Below, piece by piece: positions 53,996-62,679 of a stretch of 64,000 nucleotides of DNA; position 1 is the stretch's first letter; every line of letters starts with the position of its first letter. The notes beneath the pieces are model-generated. The model had not been told where the DNA came from. It searched no databases and was given only the letters and a program-made list of their open reading frames with translations. The stretch lies in contig CAZIVT010000002.1 in the NCBI GenBank assembly GCA_964543075.1, positions 3,089 through 67,088 of the forward strand, in the 5' to 3' direction. Both the position numbers and the translations under genes were made by a program. The DNA comes from an uncultured Candidatus Saccharibacteria bacterium. GTDB lineage: Bacteria; Patescibacteriota; Minisyncoccia; Phycocordibacterales; PALSA-1337.

Positions 53996-55873
53996 ATGCG
54001 ACGGAAGAAGCGCCCGAATGGCCGGAATAGCGTGAAGAAAAGTTCAGCGAAAAGCCATTCGCGGGGCGCTTCAAAGCCCTCTCGTCCGAGACATGCTCAC
54101 AAGTACATCTTCGTCATCGGCGGCGTGATGTCCGGCGTCGGCAAGGGTATCGCCACCTCTTCCATAGGCACGCTGCTCGCCGCCAAGGGCTGGACGGTCA
54201 ATCTGGCCAAGGTCGACCCCTATCTCAATGTCGATGCTGGCACCATGAATCCCACTGAGCATGGGGAAGTCTTCGTGCTCGATAGCGGCCTGGAGACCGA
54301 TCAGGACATGGGGAACTATGAGCGCTTCCTCAACCGCGACCTCACGGCCGATGACTATATCACGAGCGGCATGGTCTATCGCCACGTCATCGAGAAGGAG
54401 CGCGCGCTCGGCTACGGCGGCAAGTGCGTCGAGGCCATCCCGCATATCCGCGACGAGATCGTGCGACGCTTCGAGCATAGCGCCAAGGTCAACAAGTCCG
54501 ACATCTCGATCATCGAGATCGGCGGCACCGTCGGCGACTATCAGAACATCATGTTCATCGAAGCGGCTCGTGTGCTCAAGATCCGCCATCCGCAGGATGT
54601 CATCTTCATCATGGTGTCGTATCTGCCGGTGCCGGGCGCGCTCGGCGAGATGAAGACGAGGCCGACCCAGAACGCCGTGCACCAGCTGGCCTCATACGGA
54701 GTGACCGCCGATATCATCATCGCGCGCGCCAGCATCCCGCTCGACGAGCGCCGCAAGGAGAAGATCGCTACCGCTTGCAACTTGCCGGCCACACGGGTGG
54801 TTTCTGCTCCGGATATCAGGAGCATCTATGACGTCCCGGGCAATTTCGAGCATGACCGTCTCGCCGATACTGTGCTCGAAGCGCTCCATGTGCCCGCGGG
54901 CGAGCGATCGGGTCCGCTCATCGATGACCCACTCATCTCCATGAAGTCGTGGAAGAAGATGGCCGCCGGCGTCGGCCGACCGCTCGATGAGGGCGAGCGT
55001 CCGCTCAATATCGCTATCGTCGGCAAATATTTCAATACGGGGGATTTCGTCCTCACGGATGCATATTTATCGGTGCTCGAAGCGATCAAATTCTCTGGTC
55101 ATGAGGTCAAGGTCAAGCCGATCATACATACGATCAATGCGAGAGACTTCGAAGAGAAAACTCAAAACTCAAAACTCAAAAGTCAAAAATCCGGTGCAGA
55201 TTCGGACCCTGGTCTTTTTCCGTATGCCCAACTCGACGAGATGGACGGCGTGATCGTGCCCGGCGGGTTCGGCGAGAGCGGTATCGAGGGCAAGCTCAAC
55301 GTCATCAGGTATTGCCGCGAGAATGGCATCCCGTACTTCGGCCTCTGCTACGGCATGCAGCTCATGACCATCGAGTACGCGCGCAATGTCCTCGGTCTCT
55401 CCGGCGCGCAGACGGCCGAGATCGATCCGGCCGCGCCGCATCTCATCATCGATATCATGCCCGATCAGAAGAAGAAGCTCCAGGACGCCGACTATGGCGG
55501 CTCGATGCGCCTCGGTCTCTATCCGGCCAAATTGCTCAAAGGATCGATCGCTCAAGAGGCTTATTCGCAGTTCGCCGGCAAGCCTCTGCCCAAACCGACG
55601 ACCATGATCAAGGAGCGCCACCGCCATCGCTACGAGGTCAATCCCAAATATGTCGAGCGGCTAGAAAAAGGCGGCCTCGTTTTTTCTGGAAAATCACCCG
55701 ACGGTCGTCTATGCGAGATCGCAGAATTGCCGCGAGATCGACATCCCTTTTTCCTCGGTACGCAGTTCCATCCGGAGTTCCTGGCGCGTCCGCTCCTGCC
55801 GCATCCGCTCTTCACCGAGTTCCTCAGGGCGGCAAAATGGAGGAAAAGATCTCAAATAGAGAAAGGGAATTAA
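53996..55873 (+). CDS. pyrG: CTP synthase with a basic N-terminal extension and one extra in-frame segment
   Basis: KYIFVIGGVMSGVGKG, a GATase domain with GLCYGMQ and HRHRYEVN. Start set at the ATG 6 nt after TATACT. Confidence 0.93.
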   Translation: MRRKKRPNGRNSVKKSSAKSHSRGASKPSRPRHAHKYIFVIGGVMSGVGKGIATSSIGTLLAAKGWTVNLAKVDPYLNVDAGTMNPTEHGEVFVLDSGLETDQDMGNYERFLNRDLTADDYITSGMVYRHVIEKERALGYGGKCVEAIPHIRDEIVRRFEHSAKVNKSDISIIEIGGTVGDYQNIMFIEAARVLKIRHPQDVIFIMVSYLPVPGALGEMKTRPTQNAVHQLASYGVTADIIIARASIPLDERRKEKIATACNLPATRVVSAPDIRSIYDVPGNFEHDRLADTVLEALHVPAGERSGPLIDDPLISMKSWKKMAAGVGRPLDEGERPLNIAIVGKYFNTGDFVLTDAYLSVLEAIKFSGHEVKVKPIIHTINARDFEEKTQNSKLKSQKSGADSDPGLFPYAQLDEMDGVIVPGGFGESGIEGKLNVIRYCRENGIPYFGLCYGMQLMTIEYARNVLGLSGAQTAEIDPAAPHLIIDIMPDQKKKLQDADYGGSMRLGLYPAKLLKGSIAQEAYSQFAGKPLPKPTTMIKERHRHRYEVNPKYVERLEKGGLVFSGKSPDGRLCEIAELPRDRHPFFLGTQFHPEFLARPLLPHPLFTEFLRAAKWRKRSQIEKGN

Positions 55874-55874
55874 A

Positions 55875-55933
55875 AAACCGGGCCAAGAGATTCCTCAAAT
55901 AAGGAGGTATCTCTTGGCAGCCGGTGGTTTTTC
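55875..55933 (+). terminator. Long-stem terminator after pyrG
   Basis: GCCAAGAGAT ... ATCTCTTGGC (10 bp), extended by AACCGG/CCGGTGGTT, then TTTTT. Confidence 0.6.
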
Positions 55934-56190
55934 ATGGACGTAAGCCCCCAAAGAGGCAGTCCTAGACCCTAGTGGATCTGATATGACGAGGTCATGTTGA
56001 TCGGAGCTCAATTTACATTCGTCTATTCATTCGGTTCAATAGGCGCTTGTTTGTCGAGTGATCTACGCTGCTTCCATGGGCTTATTCAGCACGTCATGGA
56101 TTCAGCCACAAGTGTATCATATCGGCATATAAAAGTCAAGCCCCTCTTATAGGGCTCAAATGAGGTTTGGGATCCTCGTTTATCCATAAG

Positions 56191-56218
56191 AAAACCCGCT
56201 GGTAAGAGCGGGTTTTGT
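56191..56218 (-). terminator. Terminator of the 56236..56868 gene
   Basis: AACCCGCT-GGTAAG-AGCGGGTT flanked by A/T runs on both sides. Confidence 0.55.
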
Positions 56219-56235
56219 GTAGTCAGTCGAGCTGA

Positions 56236-56868
56236 TCAGTCAGTCGCGTCAGGTTCTCTCCACATGAAGCAGATCGTGCGGCCATTGTCTCGGCTCACGT
56301 ACTTGGTGTGATAGAGATCCGACCCTATCGTACAGGTGAGGAATCTGCGATGGTACGTATCGAATGCTCCTGGATAGAAGTTGGAAGGTCGCGGTCCCTC
56401 GACCGCGTAATTGTCCAACCACAGGCTGTATCGCGATGGGTCGGAGAACCCGGGCTCTGTGGGAGCGAGCTCTTCCTCGAGGCCTCGTCGCGCGGCGTCT
56501 TGTGCAGACTCTCCGTGGAGCATCTTCTCCCCGAGACTGCCGCTATAAGGCCTGCGCGTACCGTTGCGGAATTCCCGCAGGACGAGCTCTCGGCCGGTGT
56601 GGTGGCAGATCACGGTGATGACGGCGACATTGATGTGGATGATCAGGATCCGATCGGGGTGATCCTCCAGCCACGCCTCTCCGGAATGGATCCATTCGAT
56701 GAGGGTCTCGAGGTCGTTGGCTTCGGGATCATCCTCCCACTTCCTCCAATCGATCTCATGCTTGCGCAGCAGGCTGATGACCCGGTCGCGGGTCGGGTAG
56801 GTATCTATGTAGATGAGTCCGACACAGCAGAATGAGGCGATGATGAGCATCGCGTCGGTGAATGTCAT
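56236..56868 (-). CDS. Hypothetical protein with a degenerate Nudix-like box and an N-terminal TM segment
   Basis: GEKMLHGESAQDAARRGLEEEL loosely resembles the Nudix box (G-x5-E-x7-R-E-x2-E-E). It is not a clean match. Confidence 0.35.
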   Translation of the reverse strand: MTFTDAMLIIASFCCVGLIYIDTYPTRDRVISLLRKHEIDWRKWEDDPEANDLETLIEWIHSGEAWLEDHPDRILIIHINVAVITVICHHTGRELVLREFRNGTRRPYSGSLGEKMLHGESAQDAARRGLEEELAPTEPGFSDPSRYSLWLDNYAVEGPRPSNFYPGAFDTYHRRFLTCTIGSDLYHTKYVSRDNGRTICFMWREPDATD

Positions 56869-57016
56869 GGTGCGTCCTTTGGTTGACGTTGGTTTTTTCT
56901 GCCTTGTTTTATACTCCTTTTTACGCTATCCTGCAAGGCACACGTTTTCTTCCTGCGTTCGTATACATGCTATTGCTTGCACTGCGTAGCTCGTAGCGAA
57001 GCGGAGAGCGAAGCAG

Positions 57017-57076
57017 TGCGGGATCGTCCTTCGTCGCTCCTCGCACGCTCGGAGCTTCTCAGGACAGGTCTAATGG
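57017..57076 (+). pseudogene. tRNA-Gln 5' fragment interrupted by a ~39-nt insertion
   Basis: TGCGGGATCGTC[CTTCGTCGCTCCTCGCACGCTCGGAGCTTCTCAGGACAG]GTCTAATGG. With the bracket and one GTC copy removed it equals the first 18 nt of the intact tRNA-Gln 100 bp downstream. Confidence 0.55.
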
Positions 57077-57175
57077 CCCTCCCTCTGCTCCTCGCATGCT
57101 CGGAGCTTCGGAAGGACGAGAAGCGATTTCGATAGAGCATGAGGCACGTCGTATATTCGATCAGTATATTTACAT

Positions 57176-57246
57176 TGCGGGATCGTCTAATGGTAGGACA
57201 CAGCTCTCTGAAAGCTGGTATCTTGGTTCGAGTCCAAGTCCCGCAG
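57176..57246 (+). tRNA. tRNA-Gln (CTG)
   Basis: Acceptor TGCGGGA/TCCCGCA (U1-A72 as in tRNA-Gln), anticodon arm CAGCT-CTCTGAA-AGCTG, T arm CTTGG-TTCGAGT-CCAAG. Confidence 0.85.
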
Positions 57247-57329
57247 CACTTCGGCTCGCCGCGCTCGCCTTAGCACCTCAACCTACAACGTCATTTCGAG
57301 CCCCACAGGCTTTTGCTATAATCATACCC

Positions 57330-57704
57330 ATGAAACCTACAAGCGAAGCGACGCTCAAGCGCGTGCATGCAATGAGCTTTGCAAAGGTATATCCGATGTA
57401 CATCGCTAAGGCTGAAAAGAAAGGCCGCACCAAGGGAGAGGTCGACGAAGTCATTCGCTGGCTCACTGGATACGCGCAAAGCGAATTGGATGCGCAGATC
57501 AAAAGGGAGGTGAGCTTCGAGACCTTCTTCGAAGAAGCTCCTAGGCTCAATCCTTCACGCGAGCTCATCACGGGGACGATCTGTGGTGTGCGGGTAGAGG
57601 AGATAGGAGATGAGATCATGCGTGAAGTCCGCTATCTCGACAAGTTGGTCGATGAGCTCGCACAAGGGAGGCCGGTGGAGAAGATCCTGCGGAAGGTCGC
57701 ATAG
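57330..57704 (+). CDS. DUF2200-family protein
   Basis: Start moved to [48 protein letters not shown], typical of DUF2200. TATAAT-N7-ATG. The longer ORF runs through tRNA-Gln. Confidence 0.7.
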   Translation: MKPTSEATLKRVHAMSFAKVYPMYIAKAEKKGRTKGEVDEVIRWLTGYAQSELDAQIKREVSFETFFEEAPRLNPSRELITGTICGVRVEEIGDEIMREVRYLDKLVDELAQGRPVEKILRKVA

Positions 57705-57728
57705 TTTCGTCATGCTATACTTATCCGT

Positions 57729-58307
57729 ATGAGACCTATAACTCTATGGATCATGTTGTGCATGATCGTCACACTCGTGATCGGTGCGATCGCGACCATG
57801 GTGACTCAAAGCATCCGCATGGCCGGAGATGATCCGCAAGTCCAGATGGCGCGCGACGCGGCGAGGATGATAGGTGAAGGGTCTCCGCCGCTGGATGTGA
57901 TACCACAGGGATCCATAGACCCTTCCGTGAGTCCCGCGTCATTTGTCGTCGTCTATGACAGTAAAGGTCAGGCGCTGGCGTCATCATTGCAGATAGGTGG
58001 TCTCGTACCGAGTCCCTCTGTCAATGTGTTCGATCAGGCATGGAATCAAGGAGAATATCGGCTGGTATGGCAGCCGACCGAGGATGCACGTGTCGCCGTC
58101 GTCATCGTACCTGTTCTTGGACAGCCGGTCTTCGTGCTCGCAGGACGTTCGACAGGGGAGACAGAGGACAGAGTAGCTACCATACGCTGGACCGCATTCT
58201 TGTCATGGTGCGTGACTGTCGTCATGGTTACCTGTGTGATGGGAATCATAGCCATCGCGAGTCGTCGTGATGGGGATGGTGGAAGGTCGATCAGTGACGT
58301 CGTTTGA
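57729..58307 (+). CDS. Hypothetical bitopic membrane protein
   Basis: 192 aa with N- and C-terminal TM segments around a soluble domain. Confidence 0.45.
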   Translation: MRPITLWIMLCMIVTLVIGAIATMVTQSIRMAGDDPQVQMARDAARMIGEGSPPLDVIPQGSIDPSVSPASFVVVYDSKGQALASSLQIGGLVPSPSVNVFDQAWNQGEYRLVWQPTEDARVAVVIVPVLGQPVFVLAGRSTGETEDRVATIRWTAFLSWCVTVVMVTCVMGIIAIASRRDGDGGRSISDVV

Positions 58308-58740
58308 TCGGGTGTAGATGTGCGGCGATGACGATCGCGGCCGCGACGATGAGGATGTTCTTGATGATGTACTGACCCTCTAGGGTGGGGACCATGAATC
58401 CCGACCAGCTCGAGGTTGTCAGGAAGAAGAGTGGCATGATCGTCGTGATCAGGTGGATGATGAGAAGCGGTATGACGATCCTCTCGGTTCCACGGATGAG
58501 GAAGAGGATACCGATCAGACACTCAAAGATGCCGAAGGCGATCATGAACGTCGAGAAGGGCATGTCGATGGGGAAGGTTCGTTCGAAGAGAGCTTGCACG
58601 AGCGGGCTGGCAGGGGAGAGGCCGAAGACCTTGAGGATGCCGAACCAGAAGAAGACGACGAATAGTCCGCCGCGCGCGACGGGAATGCTGAGCTTGCGGA
58701 AGACATGGATGAGCTCGATGTCGAGGGTGCGTAGGGTCAT
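58291..58740 (-). CDS. Four-TM membrane protein (DoxX/DUF417-like)
   Basis: 149 aa, hydrophobic, with GGLFVVFFWFGILKVFG and IIHLITTIMPLFFL. Family assignment is tentative. Confidence 0.4.
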   Translation of the reverse strand: MTLRTLDIELIHVFRKLSIPVARGGLFVVFFWFGILKVFGLSPASPLVQALFERTFPIDMPFSTFMIAFGIFECLIGILFLIRGTERIVIPLLIIHLITTIMPLFFLTTSSWSGFMVPTLEGQYIIKNILIVAAAIVIAAHLHPIKRRH

Positions 58741-58836
58741 GGGACTAGTATAGCATTTTCGGATCCGCAGCTTCTACAAAAATCCCCACACACCGACAAT
58801 GGCGTGTGGGGTGACAGTCGATTCAACAATGAGGAT

Positions 58837-59229
58837 CTAGCAGTCGGAAAATGCGATTGGTCCTGCTTGACACTGAATCTGGATCCGCATCGGATCATCG
58901 GGCTGTGTGCCAACGATCCCTTTACAACAGTTAAAGAAGCTGAGCCGCATACCGTGGCAGAAGTGTTTTGATGCTAGGCCACGAAGCACATCTCCTGCAT
59001 GGATGCGCGTGAGCATCTTGCCGATCGGGGATTTTGGATCCTCTTGCCAATCGGCAGATCCGCCACGGCTTCGTGCTTCATGAGCCTTTTTGTGGAGCAG
59101 TTCGAGAGCAGGGCCCAAATCTCGACGCATGGCCTCGACAAGCAAAGCCTCGTTCTGTTCGGGCGTTGTTGGTCTATCGAGGTTGATGCCCATATCATTG
59201 GCGATAGAGGTTATCGATGGTAGTGACAT
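58837..59229 (-). CDS. Hypothetical Cys-rich protein
   Basis: 130-aa ORF with no recognisable motifs. Confidence 0.35.
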   Translation of the reverse strand: MSLPSITSIANDMGINLDRPTTPEQNEALLVEAMRRDLGPALELLHKKAHEARSRGGSADWQEDPKSPIGKMLTRIHAGDVLRGLASKHFCHGMRLSFFNCCKGIVGTQPDDPMRIQIQCQAGPIAFSDC

Positions 59230-59322
59230 ACTATTAAGGAACTCTTTCTTGGTTATATCGGTCGCACTATGCGATCGATATCGAAACTCGAATAGATTCG
59301 AGGATCGATATCGCCCACAAGC

Positions 59323-59997
59323 CTACTTTCGATATGATTGAATTGTAGCTATCATGGCGGCCGTATCGGTTTCAATCCCGGATATCTTATTGTCTATGAT
59401 GACGTAGGGAATGCCTGCGAGCGACAGCTCGTATCGTATCTGTTCGGCGACCCTACCACTGTTCACGGTTGCTTCACGTACGATCACCACCAGATCTACG
59501 CCGGATAATATGCCTGTAGCTATCGGATCCGTACCGGCTCGCTCATCTATCACAACTTCATCATTCCGATCTAGATGCAAGAGAGGCAAATAAACTTTGA
59601 GTGGCGCGGCGAGAGAATGACTGCATGATTCTTGAGATCGTACCCGGTCGGTATGCGGCCCCGCTACCATGAGACGGAGACCCGGCTCAAGTTCGATCGA
59701 TACTTCGGCAGTGTACCTATCCGCAGGAAATGTCTTGAATGCCATGCCTATCGAGCGGCCGAGTTCAAGCGTGGCTTGGTAAGTATCCTCTCGATTCGAT
59801 CCCATGTATTCTTTGATCCGATCAGGATCAGTGCCTAAGAATACGCGAGGGTCTGCACCGAGATTATAGGAAAGGTCCATATTGTGATCTGCATCAATGG
59901 CAAGTACGCGCTTGTTGCGGTTGCGGAAATCACGCACCAAGGCAGTCGCCATAGTCGATTTTCCCGAACCGCCTTTTCCGGTGAACGCGATCTTCAT
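59323..59997 (-). CDS. CooC/MinD-type P-loop NTPase (candidate metallochaperone)
   Basis: Start moved to MKIAFTGKGGSGKST (deviant Walker A). VLAIDADHN. ESCSHS sits where CooC carries its C-x-C metal site. It is divergent from the Fur-family gene and shares its palindromic boxes. Confidence 0.7.
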   Translation of the reverse strand: MKIAFTGKGGSGKSTMATALVRDFRNRNKRVLAIDADHNMDLSYNLGADPRVFLGTDPDRIKEYMGSNREDTYQATLELGRSIGMAFKTFPADRYTAEVSIELEPGLRLMVAGPHTDRVRSQESCSHSLAAPLKVYLPLLHLDRNDEVVIDERAGTDPIATGILSGVDLVVIVREATVNSGRVAEQIRYELSLAGIPYVIIDNKISGIETDTAAMIATIQSYRK

Positions 59998-60039
59998 ATA
60001 GAAACCATGGGGGATCATGTATCTAGCTGGCTGGTTTTT

Positions 60040-60064
60040 GTAATTGAAAAAGTTTTTCAATTAC
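60040..60064. promoter_or_regulatory. Putative Zur/Fur box 1
   Basis: GTAATTGAAAAAGTTTTTCAATTAC is a perfect 25-bp palindrome, 43 bp upstream of the CooC-like start. Confidence 0.6.
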
Positions 60065-60093
60065 CTACGGAGGAATATAGCTTATCTTCCTTC

Positions 60094-60115
60094 TAATTGC
60101 AAATCTTTTTCAATT
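60094..60115. promoter_or_regulatory. Putative Zur/Fur box 2
   Basis: TAATTGCAAATCTTTTTCAATT matches box 1 at 19 of 25 positions. It is immediately upstream of TATATT and the Fur-family ATG. Confidence 0.5.
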
Positions 60116-60138
60116 GGGTTATATTGTAGACTATCAAC

Positions 60139-60645
60139 ATGTCCACCTACCGCAGCCGTCACAACCATCGATCTCGTGGAGAAGATGGATCCCTAGATGA
60201 GGATATCGATGAAGAATATATCGATGAAGAAGCGCGATACCTTTTGTGGTCGATGCGCGTCAAGATCACGAAGCCGCGCATGGCCATAGTCACGCTGTTA
60301 TTGAAAGAAAAGAAGCCTCTATCTATATCTCAGATCTCCGAGAAGATCCCGGACTATAGCCAGACGTCGCTCTATCGTACATTGGAGATCTTGACCGCGC
60401 ATGATATCGCGCAAAAGATCAATGCAGAGAAGACGCATGCCCGATACGAGATAGCATTTGGTCGTAAGCACCATCACCATCTGATCTGTACCGGCTGTGG
60501 AGACATAGAAGATGTCTCTCACTGTCTGCCGCAAAGCATCGAACAGGCGATCCTTATGGACTCAAAGCATTTCGCGTCGCTATCGAGGCATTCGCTGGAA
60601 TTCTTCGGTATCTGCAAGAGATGCGCCGGTTCCATTAATAAATAA
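60139..60645 (+). CDS. Fur-family metalloregulator (probably Zur)
   Basis: Winged helix (LSISQISEKIPDYSQTSLYRTLEIL), HHHHLIC, and CxxC pairs CTGCG and CKRCAG. An acidic N-terminal extension is present. A ZIP transporter follows. Confidence 0.8.
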   Translation: MSTYRSRHNHRSRGEDGSLDEDIDEEYIDEEARYLLWSMRVKITKPRMAIVTLLLKEKKPLSISQISEKIPDYSQTSLYRTLEILTAHDIAQKINAEKTHARYEIAFGRKHHHHLICTGCGDIEDVSHCLPQSIEQAILMDSKHFASLSRHSLEFFGICKRCAGSINK

Positions 60646-60656
60646 AAAAATCAATC

Positions 60657-61409
60657 ATGACCATACTCATCGCTATCATCGCTTCGCTCGCCGCTTTCAT
60701 CGGCGGGGCCATCGCGCTCCGATTCAAAGACAAGCTCCACATCATCCTCGGTCTGTCGGCCGGAGCCGTCATCGGCGCGGCGCTCTTCGACCTCATTCCT
60801 GAAGCCATCGAGCTTGGCGAGTCTATCTCAGTGCATGCCGAACATCTGACCGCGCTCACTGCCGTCGGATTCCTCGCGTACCTGATCCTCGACCGCGTAT
60901 TCTCATTCCACCCGCACCCTCACGGTAGCCCCGACCAGGGCCGACCAACCGATAACGTATCCGAGTATAGCCATCACGGTGGTTCGCTCGGCGGCGCCAG
61001 CTTCACACTGCACAGCCTGATCGACGGCATCGCTATCGGCCTCGCGTTCCAAGCCGGTTCAACCATCGGCGCTATCGTAGCTATCGCTGTCATCGCGCAC
61101 AGATTCTCCGACGGCATCAACACGGTCGGCGTCATCCTCAAACATCGTGGGGCACACTCGCACGCATGGGGCTGGCTCATCGCAGTTGCTCTCGCGCCAA
61201 TCATCGGCGCTGCTTCGACATATCTCTTCTCCGTATCGGACCGCTCCCTTGCTACCATCCTAGCCGTATTCGCCGGATTCTTCCTCTATATCGGCGCGAG
61301 CGATCTCATCCCCGAGGGACATCACAGTCATGCCAAAGGCTTGACCACTGCGATGACTATCGTCGGCGCCGCCGCGCTCTATCTCATCGTCTCGTTCGCT
61401 CACGCCTGA
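60657..61409 (+). CDS. zupT: ZIP-family zinc transporter (ZupT-like)
   Basis: HSLIDGIAIGLAF and IAHRFSDGINT motifs, a His-rich loop HPHPHGSPD, and eight predicted TM segments. Confidence 0.85.
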   Translation: MTILIAIIASLAAFIGGAIALRFKDKLHIILGLSAGAVIGAALFDLIPEAIELGESISVHAEHLTALTAVGFLAYLILDRVFSFHPHPHGSPDQGRPTDNVSEYSHHGGSLGGASFTLHSLIDGIAIGLAFQAGSTIGAIVAIAVIAHRFSDGINTVGVILKHRGAHSHAWGWLIAVALAPIIGAASTYLFSVSDRSLATILAVFAGFFLYIGASDLIPEGHHSHAKGLTTAMTIVGAAALYLIVSFAHA

Positions 61410-61428
61410 TGCGTGATACAATGGCCGC

Positions 61429-62634
61429 ATGAGCAGGAAAATTCCGATCCCGATCCCGATCTCGACCATAGTGTTTGTCGCCATAGTCACGGCATGCGTG
61501 TTCGTATCGACGCTGACGTCGATAGGGCATGAGGCGCAAGCACAGGAATTGGTGCGAGACACGATATCTATCTTCAAGGCGCGCGTCATCGAAGTGCTCG
61601 AACAAGAGGAGCGCCAAGTCCTCGGGACCGATGTCGGAGGTATATTCCAAAAGCTCTCGGTAGAGATCCTCGAGGGTCCTCAGGAGGGGGAGCGGGTCAT
61701 TGTCGAGAATGATTATCTCAATCTACAGGATGGAGAGATGTTCTATCTCCGACATGTAATCAACGATGTAGACGGCATCGATTATTATTCGGTGGCTGAC
61801 CCATATCGCCTACCGGTCATCTATATCCTCATCGGCGCATTCGTCGTGCTCGTGATCGTATTCGGGGGCAAACAGGGAGCTCGCGGCATCGTCGCGCTGG
61901 CTATCAGTTTCGTATTCATCATCTATCTGCTGTTCCCGGGAGTCCTCCACGGATACTCTCCCGTCTGGGTGAGCATGGGCGTCGCGTCGCTCATCGTCGT
62001 GCTCGGTTCATATATCACGCACGGATTCAACAGAGTCACATCATCGGCCGTTTTGGGCATGATAGCGACTATCCTGATCACGGGCGCTCTCGCCTATGTG
62101 AGCATCCACTATGGTCGTCTGACAGGGTTTGACTCAGAAGAGGCCGTCTTCCTCAATCTGCAGACACGAGGTGCGATAGATTTTGCCGGCCTCTTGCTCG
62201 GGGGTATGCTCATCGGCTTGCTCGGCGTGCTCTATGATGCGGCTATCGGTCAAGCAGTCGCAGTCGACGAATTGCACCATGTCGGCCCGCACTTGGAACG
62301 ATCGGTCATCTTCCGTCGAGCCATCCGGATCGGTAGAGAGCATATCGGCGCGCTGGTCAATACGCTCGCCATCGCCTATGTCGGCGCGTCTCTCCCGCTA
62401 CTCCTGCTTTTCTATCATTCTACAGCCGGTACAGACATACTCATAAATCAGGAGATATTCGCCGCGGAGATCGTCCGCGCGCTGGTCGGATCCATCGGCC
62501 TTGTCCTGGCAGTCCCTATCACTACCGCGATCGCTGTCTCCATGCTCGTACACCCGAGAGACAGATCTCTGACTAGTCCGGCATCTATCGCGACGGAACG
62601 AGAGCAGGTCGAGCATGCCGGACATGCTCACTGA
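61429..62634 (+). CDS. YibE/F-family membrane protein
   Basis: N-terminal extracytoplasmic domain followed by a multi-TM YibE/F-like core (GGKQGARGIVALAISFVFIIYLLFPG...). Confidence 0.7.
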   Translation: MSRKIPIPIPISTIVFVAIVTACVFVSTLTSIGHEAQAQELVRDTISIFKARVIEVLEQEERQVLGTDVGGIFQKLSVEILEGPQEGERVIVENDYLNLQDGEMFYLRHVINDVDGIDYYSVADPYRLPVIYILIGAFVVLVIVFGGKQGARGIVALAISFVFIIYLLFPGVLHGYSPVWVSMGVASLIVVLGSYITHGFNRVTSSAVLGMIATILITGALAYVSIHYGRLTGFDSEEAVFLNLQTRGAIDFAGLLLGGMLIGLLGVLYDAAIGQAVAVDELHHVGPHLERSVIFRRAIRIGREHIGALVNTLAIAYVGASLPLLLLFYHSTAGTDILINQEIFAAEIVRALVGSIGLVLAVPITTAIAVSMLVHPRDRSLTSPASIATEREQVEHAGHAH

Positions 62635-62679
62635 CGATCAGTCTCCCGCGAGTGTTGTATCCATGGTACAATTCACCAC

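Noticed and set aside
54071-55902. ORFs 54071..54682 (minus strand), 55169..55627 (minus strand) and 55312..55902 (plus strand)
   Set aside because: They are antisense or alternative frames of pyrG, which is unambiguous.
57096-57329. The N-terminal 78 codons of the 202-aa ORF
   Set aside because: They read through tRNA-Gln and repeat DNA. The DUF2200-like sequence starts at 57330, behind a TATAAT box.
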